Both the position numbers and the translations under genes were made by a program. The notes beneath the pieces are model-generated. The model did not search any database and had not been told where the DNA came from. It was given only the letters and a program-made list of their open reading frames with translations. From Utricularia gibba (taxonomy: Eukaryota; Plantae; Magnoliophyta), in contig NEEC01000036.1 in the NCBI GenBank assembly GCA_002189035.1, positions 1 to 64,000 on the forward strand: a stretch of DNA of 64,000 nucleotides, written 5' to 3'. Positions 33,301 to 45,300 of this stretch are shown here, one piece after another. Positions within the stretch are counted from its first letter, which is position 1. Every line of letters starts with the position of its first letter.

Positions 33301-36300
33301 GTTGTTGAAAAAATCATGTGGGGTGCACGTGACATCTTACTTTAAACAAATGCATCATTATTTTCGTCGACTCGCACCCGGTTGGGCTCATGAGCCGGAC
33401 CGAACGCAGCGCCGGACCAAGTGCCCAGTGAGAGTGGCCGACACAAAACGAGAAGTTGTTCCTTGAAAAACCTTGTAGGAAGCCCCTGAAAACCGAACGT
33501 TAATAAGTGCATCGCTTTAGTTGCCAGGCTACAACTAACTTTCGGCCCTAACCCAACCTGACCTTTGTCCCGTTCTAGGTGCCCCCAAGACCGCCTCCTC
33601 AAGTATAAAGTAAGTTGTTGAAAAAATCATGTGGGGTGCACGTGACATCTTACTTTAAACAAATGCATCATTATTTTCGTCGACTCGCACCCGGTTGGGC
33701 TCATGAGCCGGACCGAACGCAGCGCCGGACCAAGTGCCCAGTGAGAGTGGCCGACACAAAACGAGAAGTTGTTCCTTGAAAAACCTTGTAGGAAGCCCCT
33801 GAAAACCGAACGTTAATAAGTGCATCGCTTTAGTTGCCAGGCTACAACTAACTTTCGGCCCTAACCCAACCTGACCTTTGTCCCGTTCTAGGTGCCCCCC
33901 AAGACCGCCTCCTCAAGTATAAAGTAAGTTGTTGAAAAAATCATGTGGGGTGCACGTGACATCTTACTTTAAACAAATGCATCATTATTTTCGTCGACTC
34001 GCACCGGTTGGGCTCATGAGCCGGACCGAACGCAGCGCCGGACCAAGTGCCCAGTGAGAGTGGCCGACACAAAACGAGAAGTTGTTCCTTGAAAAACCTT
34101 GTAGGAAGCCCCTGAAAACCGAACCGCTTTAATACAACTAACTTTCGGCCCTAACCCAACCTGACAGGTGCGACCGCCTAAGTAGTAAGTTGTTGAAAAA
34201 ATCATGTGGGGTGCACGTGACATCTTACTTTAAACAAATGCATCATTATTTTCGTCGACTCGCACCCGGTTGGGCTCATGAGCCGGACCGAACGCAGCGC
34301 CGGACCAAGTGCCCAGTGAGAGTGGCCGACACAAAACGAGAAGTTGTTCCTTGAAAAACCTTGTAGGAAGCCCCTGAAAACCGAACGTTAATAAGTGCAT
34401 CGCTTTAGTTGCCAGGCTACAACTAACTTTCGGCCCTAACCCAACCTGACCTTTGTCCCGTTCTAGGTGCCCCCAAGACCGCCTCCTCAAGTATAAAGTA
34501 AGTTGTTGAAAAAATCATGTGGGGTGCACGTGACATCTTACTTTAAACAAATGCATCATTATTTTCGTCGACTCGCACCCGGTTGGGCTCATGAGCCGGA
34601 CCGAACGCAGCGCCGGACCAAGTGCCCAGTGAGAGTGGCCGACACAAAACGAGAAGTTGTTCCTTGAAAAACCTTGTAGGAAGCCCTGAAAACCGAACGT
34701 TAATAAGTGCATCGCTTTAGTTGCCAGGCTACAACTAACTTTCGGCCTAACCCAACCTGACCTAAGACCGCCTCCTCAAGTATAAAGTAAGTTGTTGAAA
34801 AAATCATGTGGGGTGCACGTGACATCTTACTTTAAACAAATGCATCATTATTTTCGTCGACTCGCAATTTGAGAGTGGCCGACACAAAACGAGAAGTTGT
34901 TCCTTGAAAAACCTTGTAGGAAGCCCCTGAAAACCGAACGTTAATAAGTGCATCGCTTTAGTTGCCAGGCTACAACTAACTTTCGGCCCTAACCCAACCT
35001 GACCTTTGTCCCGTTCTAGGTGCCCCCAAGACCGCCTCCTCAAGTATAAAGTAAGTTGTTGAAAAAATCATGTGGGGTGCACGTGACATCTTACTTTAAA
35101 CAAATGCATCATTATTTTCGTCGACTCGCACCCGGTTGGGCTCATGAGCCGGACCGAACGCAGCGCCGGACCAAGTGCCCAGTGAGAGTGGCCGACACAA
35201 AACGAGAAGTTGTTCCTTGAAAAACCTTGTAGGAAGCCCCTGAAAACCGAACGTTAATAAGTGCATCGCTTTAGTTGCCAGGCTACAACTAACTTTCGGC
35301 CCTAACCCAACCTGACCTTTGTCCCGTTCTAGGTGCCCCAAGACCAACATGTGGGGTGCACGTGACATCTTACTTTAAACAAATGCATCATTATTTTCGT
35401 CGACTCGCACCCGGTTGGGCTCATGAGCCGGACCGAACGCAGCGCCGGACCAAGTGCCCCCGACAGACCTTGCCTCCTCAACGTTAATAAATCGCTTTAG
35501 TTGCCAGGCTACAACTAACTTTCGGCCCTAACCCAACCTGACCTTTGTCCCGTTCTAGGTGCCCCCAAGACAAGTACATGTGGGGTGCACGTGACATCTT
35601 ACTTTAAACAAATGCATCATTATTTTCGTCGACTCGCACCCGGTTGGGCTCATGAGCCGGACCGAACGCAGCGCCGGACCAAGTGCCCAGTGAGAGTGGC
35701 CGACACAAAACGAGAAGTTGTTCCTTGAAAAACCTTGTAGGAAGCCCCTGAAAACCGAACGTTAATAAGTGCATCGCTTTAGTTGCCAGGCTACAACTAA
35801 CTTTCGGCCCTAACCCAACCTGACCTTTGTCCCGTTCTAGGTGCCCCCCAAGACCGCCTCCTCAAGTATAAAGTAAGTTGTTGAAAAAATCATGTGGGGT
35901 GCACGTGACATCTTACTTTAAACAAATGCATCATTATTTTCGTCGACTCGCACCCGGTTGGGCTCATGAGCCGGACCGAACGCAGCGCCGGACCAAGTGC
36001 CCAGTGAGAGTGGCCGACACAAAACGAGAAGTTGTTCCTTGAAAAACCTTGTAGGAAGCCCCTGAAAACCGAACGTTAATAAGTGCATCGCTTTAGTTGC
36101 CAGGCTACAACTAACTTTCGGCCCTAACCCAACCTGACCTTTGTCCCGTTCTAGGTGCCCCCAAGACCGCCTCCTCAAGTATAAAGTAAGTTGTTGAAAA
36201 AATCATGTGGGGTGCACGTGACATCTTACTTTAAACAAATGCATCATTATTTTCGTCGACTCGCACCCTCATGAGTGCCCCTCCCCCGGACCAAACGAGA

Positions 36301-39300
36301 AGGACCACATGTGGGGTGCACGTGACATCTTACTTTAAACAAATGCATCATTATTTTCGTCGACTCGCACCCGGTTGGCTCGAGCCTGAGTGAAGTTTGT
36401 TCCTTGAAAAACCTTGTAGGAAGCCCCCGAACGTTAATAAGTGCATCGCTTTAGTTGCCAGGCTACAACTAACTTTCGGCCCTAACCCAACCTGACCTTA
36501 AAGTCCTCAAGTGCATCACGTGACATCTTACTTTAAACAAATGCATCATTATTTTCGTCGACTCGCAGGTTGGGCTCATGAGCCGGACCGAACGCAGCGC
36601 CGGACCAAGTGCCCAGTGAGAGTGGCCGACACAAAACGAGAAGTTGTTCCTTGAAAAACCTTGTAGGAAGCCCCTGAAAACCGAACGTTAATAAGTGCAT
36701 CGCTTTAGTTGCCAGGCTACAACTAACTTTCGGCCCTAACCCAACCTGACCTTTGTCCCGTTCTAGGTGCCCCCAAGACCGCCTCCTCAAGTATAAAGTA
36801 AGTTGTTGAAAAAATCATGTGGGGTGCACGTGACATCTTACTTTAAACAAATGCATCATTATTTTCGTCGACTCGCACCCGGTTGGGCTCATGAGCCGGA
36901 CCGAACGCAGCGCCGGACCAAGTGCCCAGTGAGAGTGGCCGACACAAAACGAGAAGTTGTTCCTTGAAAAACCTTGTAGGAAGCCCCTGAAAACCGAACG
37001 TTAATAAGTGCATCGCTTTAGTTGCCAGGCTACAACTAACTTTCGGCCCTAACCCAACCTGACCTTTGTCCCGTTCTAGGTGCCCCCCAAGACCGCCTCC
37101 TCAAGTATAAAGTAAGTTGTTGAAAAAATCATGTGGGGTGCACGTGACATCTTACTTTAAACAAATGCATCATTATTTTCGTCGACTCGCACCCGGTTGG
37201 GCTCATGAGCCGGACCGAACGCAGCGCCGGACCAAGTGCCCAGTGAGAGTGGCCGACACAAAACGAGAAGTTGTTCCTTGAAAAACCTTGTAGGAAGCCC
37301 CTGAAAACCGAACGTTAATAAGTGCATCGCTTTAGTTGCCAGGCTACAACTAACTTTCGGCCCTAACCCAACCTGACCTTTGTCCCGTTCTAGGTGCCCC
37401 CCAAGACCGCCTCCTCAAGTATAAAGTAAGTTGTTGAAAAAATCATGTGGGGTGCACGTGACATCTTACTTTAAACAAATGCATCATTATTTTCGTCGAC
37501 TCGCACCCGGTTGGGCTCATGAGCCGGACCGAACGCAGCGCCGGACCAAGTGCCCAGTGAGAGTGGCCGACACAAAACGAGAAGTTGTTCCTTGAAAAAC
37601 CTTGTAGGAAGCCCCTGAAAACCGAACGTTAATAAGTGCATCGCTTTAGTTGCCAGGCTACAACTAACTTTCGGCCCTAACCCAACCTGACCTTTGTCCC
37701 GTTCTAGGTGCCCCCAAGACCGCCTCCTCAAGTATAAAGTAAGTTGTTGAAAAAATCATGTGGGGTGCACGTGACATCTTACTTTAAACAAATGCATCAT
37801 TATTTTCGTCGACTCGCACCCGGTTGGGCTCATGAGCCGGACCGAACGCAGCGCCGGACCAAGTGCCCAGTGAGAGTGGCCGACACAAAACGAGAAGTTG
37901 TTCCTTGAAAAACCTTGTAGGAAGCCCCTGAAAACCGAACGTTAATAAGTGCATCGCTTTAGTTGCCAGGCTACAACTAACTTTCGGCCCTAACCCAACC
38001 TGACCTTTGTCCCGTTCTAGGTGCCCCCCAAGACCGCCTCCTCAAGTATAAAGTAAGTTGTTGAAAAAATCATGTGGGGTGCACGTGACATCTTACTTTA
38101 AACAAATGCATCATTATTTTCGTCGACTCGCACCCGGTTGGGCTCATGAGCCGGACCGAACGCAGCGCCGGACCAAGTGCCCAGTGAGAGTGGCCGACAC
38201 AAAACGAGAAGTTGTTCCTTGAAAAACCTTGTAGGAAGCCCCTGAAAACCGAACGTTAATAAGTGCATCGCTTTAGTTGCCAGGCTACAACTAACTTTCG
38301 GCCCTAACCCAACCTGACCTTTGTCCCGTTCTAGGTGCCCCCAAGACCGCCTCCTCAAGTATAAAGTAAGTTGTTGAAAAAATCATGTGGGGTGCACGTG
38401 ACATCTTACTTTAAACAAATGCATCATTATTTTCGTCGACTCGCACCGGTTGGGCTCATGAGCCGGACCGAACGCAGCGCCGGACCAAGTGCCCAGTGAG
38501 AGTGGCCGACACAAAACGAGAAGTTGTTCCTTGAAAAACCTTGTAGGAAGCCCCTGAAAACCGAACGTTAATAAGTGCATCGCTTTAGTTGCCAGGCTAC
38601 AACTAACTTTCGGCCCTAACCCAACCTGACCTTTGTCCCGTTCTAGGTGCCCCCAAGACCGCCTCCTCAAGTATAAAGTAAGTTGTTGAAAAAATCATGT
38701 GGGGTGCACGTGACATCTTACTTTAAACAAATGCATCATTATTTTCGTCGACTCGCACCCGGTTGGGCTCATGAGCCGGACCGAACGCAGCGCCGGACCA
38801 AGTGCCCAGTGAGAGTGGCCGACACAAAACGAGAAGTTGTTCCTTGAAAAACCTTGTAGGAAGCCCCTGAAAACCGAACGTTAATAAGTGCATCGCTTTA
38901 GTTGCCAGGCTACAACTAACTTTCGGCCCTAACCCAACCTGACCTTTGTCCCGTTCTAGGTGCCCCCCAAGACCGCCTCCTCAAGTATAAAGTAAGTTGT
39001 TGAAAAAATCATGTGGGGTGCACGTGACATCTTACTTTAAACAAATGCATCATTATTTTCGTCGACTCGCACCCGGTTGGGCTCATGAGCCGGACCGAAC
39101 GCAGCGCCGGACCAAGTGCCCAGTGAGAGTGGCCGACACAAAACGAGAAGTTGTTCCTTGAAAAACCTTGTAGGAAGCCCCTGAAAACCGAACGTTAATA
39201 AGTGCATCGCTTTAGTTGCCAGGCTACAACTAACTTTCGGCCCTAACCCAACCTGACCTTTGTCCCGTTCTAGGTGCCCCCCAAGACCGCCTCCTCAAGT

Positions 39301-42300
39301 ATAAAGTAAGTTGTTGAAAAAATCATGTGGGGTGCACGTGACATCTTACTTTAAACAAATGCATCATTATTTTCGTCGACTCGCACCGGTTGGGCTCATG
39401 AGCCGGACCGAACGCAGCGCCGGACCAAGTGCCCAGTGAGAGTGGCCGACACAAAACGAGAAGTTGTTCCTTGAAAAACCTTGTAGGAAGCCCCTGAAAA
39501 CCGAACGTTAATAAGTGCATCGCTTTAGTTGCCAGGCTACAACTAACTTTCGGCCCTAACCCAACCTGACCTTTGTCCCGTTCTAGGTGCCCCCAAGACC
39601 GCCTCCTCAAGTATAAAGTAAGTTGTTGAAAAAATCATGTGGGGTGCACGTGACATCTTACTTTAAACAAATGCATCATTATTTTCGTCGACTCGCACCC
39701 GGTTGGGCTCATGAGCCGGACCGAACGCAGCGCCGGACCAAGTGCCCAGTGAGAGTGGCCGACACAAAACGAGAAGTTGTTCCTTGAAAAACCTTGTAGG
39801 AAGCCCCTGAAAACCGAACGTTAATAAGTGCATCGCTTTAGTTGCCAGGCTACAACTAACTTTCGGCCCTAACCCAACCTGACCTTTGTCCCGTTCTAGG
39901 TGCCCCCAAGACCGCCTCCTCAAGTATAAAGTAAGTTGTTGAAAAAATCATGTGGGGTGCACGTGACATCTTACTTTAAACAAATGCATCATTATTTTCG
40001 TCGACTCGCACCCGGTTGGGCTCATGAGCCGGACCGAACGCAGCGCCGGACCAAGTGCCCAGTGAGAGTGGCCGACACAAAACGAGAAGTTGTTCCTTGA
40101 AAAACCTTGTAGGAAGCCCCTGAAAACCGAACGTTAATAAGTGCATCGCTTTAGTTGCCAGGCTACAACTAACTTTCGGCCCTAACCCAACCTGACCTTT
40201 GTCCCGTTCTAGGTGCCCCCAAGACCGCCTCCTCAAGTATAAAGTAAGTTGTTGAAAAAATCATGTGGGGTGCACGTGACATCTTACTTTAAACAAATGC
40301 ATCATTATTTTCGTCGACTCGCACCCGGTTGGGCTCATGAGCCGGACCGAACGCAGCGCCGGACCAAGTGCCCAGTGAGAGTGGCCGACACAAAACGAGA
40401 AGTTGTTCCTTGAAAAACCTTGTAGGAAGCCCCTGAAAACCGAACGTTAATAAGTGCATCGCTTTAGTTGCCAGGCTACAACTAACTTTCGGCCCTAACC
40501 CAACCTGACCTTTGTCCCGTTCTAGGTGCCCCCAAGACCGCCTCCTCAAGTATAAAGTAAGTTGTTGAAAAAATCATGTGGGGCACGTGACATCTTACTT
40601 TAAACAAATGCATCATTATTTTCGTCGACTCGCACCCGGTTGGGCTCATGAGCCGGACCGAACGCAGCGCCGGACCAAGTGCCCAGTGAGAGTGGCCGAC
40701 ACAAAACGACCCCTGAAAACCGAACGTTAATAAGTGCATCGCTTTAGTTGCCAGGCTACAACTAACTTTCGGCCCTAACCCAACCTGACCTTTGTCCCGT
40801 TCTAGGTGCCCCCCAAGACCGCCTCCTCAAGTATAAAGTAAGTTGTTGAAAAAATCATGTGGGGTGCACGTGACATCTTACTTTAAACAAATGCATCATT
40901 ATTTTCGTCGACTCGCACCCGGTTGGGCTCATGAGCCGGACCGAACGCAGCGCCGGACCAAGTGCCCAGTGAGAGTGGCCGACTCCCCTTGTAGTGAAAT
41001 GTGCATCGAGTTATTAACTTTCGGCCCTAACCCAACCTGAAGGTGCCCGGCCTCCTGTATCCATGAGCATCGTCGACTCGCAACCGGAAACGCAGCGCCG
41101 GACCAAGTGCCCAGTGAGAGTGGCCGACACAAAACGAGAAGTTGTTCCTTGAAAAACCTTGTAGGAAGCCCCTGAAAACCGAACGTTAATAAGTGCATCG
41201 CTTTAGTTGCCAGGCTACAACTAACTTTCGGCCCTAACCCAACCTGACCTTTGTCCCGTTCTAGGTGCCCCCAAGACCGCCTCCTCAAGTATAAAGTAAG
41301 TTGTTGAAAAAATCATGTGGGGTGCACGTGACATCTTACTTTAAACAAATGCATCATTATTTTCGTCGACTCGCACCCGGTTGGGCTCATGAGCCGGACC
41401 GAACGCAGCGCCGGACCAAGTGCCCAGTGAGAGTGGCCGACACAAAACGAGAAGTTGTTCCTTGAAAAACCTTGTAGGAAGCCCCTGAAAACCGAACGTT
41501 AATAAGTGCATCGCTTTAGTTGCCAGGCTACAACTAACTTTCGGCCCTAACCCAACCTGACCTTTGTCCCGTTCTAGGTGCCCCCCAAGACCGCCTCCTC
41601 AAGTATAAAGTAAGTTGTTGAAAAAATCATGTGGGGTGCACGTGACATCTTACTTTAAACAAATGCATCATTATTTTCGTCGACTCGCACCCGGTTGGGC
41701 TCATGAGCCGGACCGAACGCAGCGCCGGACCAAGTGCCCAGTGAGAGTGGCCGACACAAAACGAGAAGTTGTTCCTTGAAAAACCTTGTAGGAAGCCCCT
41801 GAAAACCGAACGTTAATAAGTGCATCGCTTTAGTTGCCAGGCTACAACTAACTTTCGGCCCTAACCCAACCTGACCTTTGTCCCGTTCTAGGTGCCCCCA
41901 AGACCGCCTCCTCAAGTATAAAGTAAGTTGTTGAAAAAATCATGTGGGGTGCACGTGACATCTTACTTTAAACAAATGCATCATTATTTTCGTCGACTCG
42001 CACCCGGTTGGGCTCATGAGCCGGACCGAACGCAGCGCCGGACCAAGTGCCCAGTGAGAGTGGCCGACACAAAACGAGAAGTTGTTCCTTGAAAAACCTT
42101 GTAGGAAGCCCCTGAAAACCGAACGTTAATAAGTGCATCGCTTTAGTTGCCAGGCTACAACTAACTTTCGGCCCTAACCCAACCTGACCTTTGTCCCGTT
42201 CTAGGTGCCCCCCAAGACCGCCTCCTCAAGTATAAAGTAAGTTGTTGAAAAAATCATGGGGTGCACGTGACATCTTACTTTAAACAAATGCATCATTATT

Positions 42301-45300
42301 TTCGTCGACTCGCACCCGGTTGGGCTCATGAGCCGGACCGAACGCAGCGCCGGACCAAGTGCCCAGTGAGAGTGGCCGACACAAAACGAGAAGTTGTTCC
42401 TTGAAAAACCTTGTAGGAAGCCCCTGAAAACCGAACGTTAATAAGTGCATCGCTTTAGTTGCCAGGCTACAACTAACTTTCGGCCCTAACCCAACCTGAC
42501 CTTTGTCCCGTTCTAGGTGCCCGGTACATGTGGGGTGCAAGCATCATTATTTTCGTCGACTCGCACCCGGTTGGGCTCATGAGCCGGACCGAACGCAGCG
42601 CCGGACCAAGTGCCCAGTGAGAGTGGCCGACACAAAACGAGAAGTTGTTCCTTGAAAAACCTTGTAGGAAGCCCCTGAAAACCGAACGTTAATAAGTGCA
42701 TCGCTTTAGTTGCCAGGCTACAACTAACTTTCGGCCCTAACCCAACCTGACCTTTGTCCCGTTCTAGGTGCCCCCCAAGACCGCCTCCTCAAGTATAAAG
42801 TAAGTTGTTGAAAAAATCATGTGGGGTGCACGTGACATCTTACTTTAAACAAATGCATCATTATTTTCGTCGACTCGCACCCGGTTGGGCTCATGAGCCG
42901 GACCGAACGCAGCGCCGGACCAAGTGCCCAGTGAGAGTGGCCGACACAAAACGAGAAGTTGTTCCTTGAAAAACCTTGTAGGAAGCCCCTGAAAACCGAA
43001 CGTTAATAAGTGCATCGCTTTAGTTGCCAGGCTACAACTAACTTTCGGCCCTAACCCAACCTGACCTTTGTCCCGTTCTAGGTGCCCCCAAGACCGCCTC
43101 CTCAAGTATAAAGTAAGTTGTTGAAAAAATCATGTGGGGTGCACGTGACATCTTACTTTAAACAAATGCATCATTATTTTCGTCGACTCGCATTGGGCTC
43201 ATTTTAAACAACATCACCGGTCGACTCGCACCCGGTTGGGCTCATGAGCCGGACCGAACGCAGCGCCGGACCAAGTGCCCCTGGCACACAAAACGAGAAG
43301 TGAACTACCTTGGGAAAATGATCCTTGTTTTCGTGTTAATGCCTTGCATCGGAAATGAGCCTGAGCCGACCAAGTGCCCAGTTCAGGTGGCCGACAAAAA
43401 CATGTGGGGTGCACGTGACAGCATCATGTCGACTCGCACCCGGTTGGGCTCATGAGCCGGACCGAACGCAGCGCCGGACCAAGTTGAGAGTGGCCGACAC
43501 AAAACCAGAAGTTGTTTCGGTTGTAGGAAGCCCCTTTGTCCGAACGTTAATAAGTGCATCGGTGCCCCCAAGACCTTGCCAGGTGCTCAAGTATAAAGTA
43601 AGTTGTTGAAAAAATCATGTGGGGTGCACGTGACATCTTACTTTAAACAAATGCATCATTATTTTCGTCGACTCGCACCCGGTTGGGCTCATGAGCCGGA
43701 CCGAACGCAGCGCCGGACCAAGTGCCCAGTGAGAGTGGCCGACACAAAACGAGAAGTTGTATCCTTGAAAACTCGCACCTTGTAGGAAGCCCCTGAAAAC
43801 CGAACGTTAATAAGTGCATCGCTTTAGTTGCCAGGCTACAACTAACTTTCGGCCCTAACCCAACCTGACCTTTGTCCCGTTCTAGGTGTTAACCGCCTCC
43901 ATCAAGTATAAAGTAAGTTGTTGAAAAAATCATGTGGGGTGTCGTGACATCTTACCGCCAAATGCATCATTATTTTCGTCGACTCGCACCCGGTTGGGCT
44001 CATGAGCCGGACCGAACGCAGCGCCGGACCAAGTGCCCAGTGAGAGTGGCCGACACAAAACGAGAAGTTGTTCCTTGAAAAACCTTGTAGGAAGCCCCTG
44101 AACGAAATAATAAGTGCATCGCTTTAGTTGCCAGGCTACAACTAACTTTCGGCCCTAACCCAACCTGACCTTTGTCCCGTTCTAGGTGCCCCCGACCGCC
44201 TCCTCAAGTATAAAGTAAGTTGTTGAGAAGTGTGGGGTGCACGTGACATCTTACTTTAAACAAATGCATCATTATTTTCGTCGACTCGCACCCGGTTGGG
44301 CTCATGAGCCGGACCGAACGCAGCGCCGGACCAAGTGCCCAGTGAGAGTGGCCGACACAAAACGAGAAGTTGTTCCTTGAAAAACCTTGTAGGAAGCCCC
44401 TGAAAACCGAACGTTAATAAGTGCATCGCTTTAGTTGCCAGGCTACAACTAACTTTCGGCCCTAACCCAACCTGACCTTTGTCCCGTTCTAGGTGCCCCC
44501 CAAGACCTCCTCCTCAAGTATAGTAAGTTGCATGTGGGGTGCACGTGACATCTTACTTTAAACAAATGCATCATTATTTTCGTCGACTCGCACCCGGTTG
44601 GGCTCATGAGCCGGACCGAACGCAGCGCCGGACCAAGTGCCCAGTGAGAGTGGCCGACACAAAACGAGAAGTTGTTCCTTGAAAAACCTTGTAGGAAGCC
44701 CCTGAAAACCGAACGTTAATAAGTGCATCGCTTTAGTTGCCAGGCTACAACTAACTTTCGGCCCTAACCCAACCTGACCTTTGTCCCGTTCTAGGTGCCC
44801 CCAAGACCGCCTCCTCAAGTATAAAGTAAGTTGTTGAAAAAATCATGTGGGGTGCACGTGACATCTTACTTTAAACAAATGCATCATTATTTTCGTCGAC
44901 TCGCACCCGGTTGGGCTCATGAGCCGGACCGAACGCAGCGCCGGACCAAGTGCCCAGTGAGAGTGGCCGACACAAAACGAGAAGTTGTTCCTTGAAAAAC
45001 CTTGTAGGAAGCCCCTGAAAACCGAACGTTAATAAGTGCATCGCTTTAGTTGCCAGGCTACAACTAACTTTCGGCCCTAACCCAACCTGACCTTTGTCCC
45101 GGTTCTCAAGTATAAAGTAAGCCCCCGCATCCGTCGACTCGCTCTCATGAGTATGAAAGTAAGTTGTTGAAGTTGCCAACAACTAACTTTCGGCCCTAAC
45201 CCAACCTGACCTTTGTCCCGGTGTGCACGTGACATCTTTAAACAAATGCATCATTATTTTCGTCGACTCGCACCCGGTTGGGCTCATGAGCCGGATGCAG

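Noticed and set aside
2635-42215. Higher-order repeat defined by the order of C5/C6 units
   Set aside because: The ordered string shows runs of 1-10 with no period I can detect.
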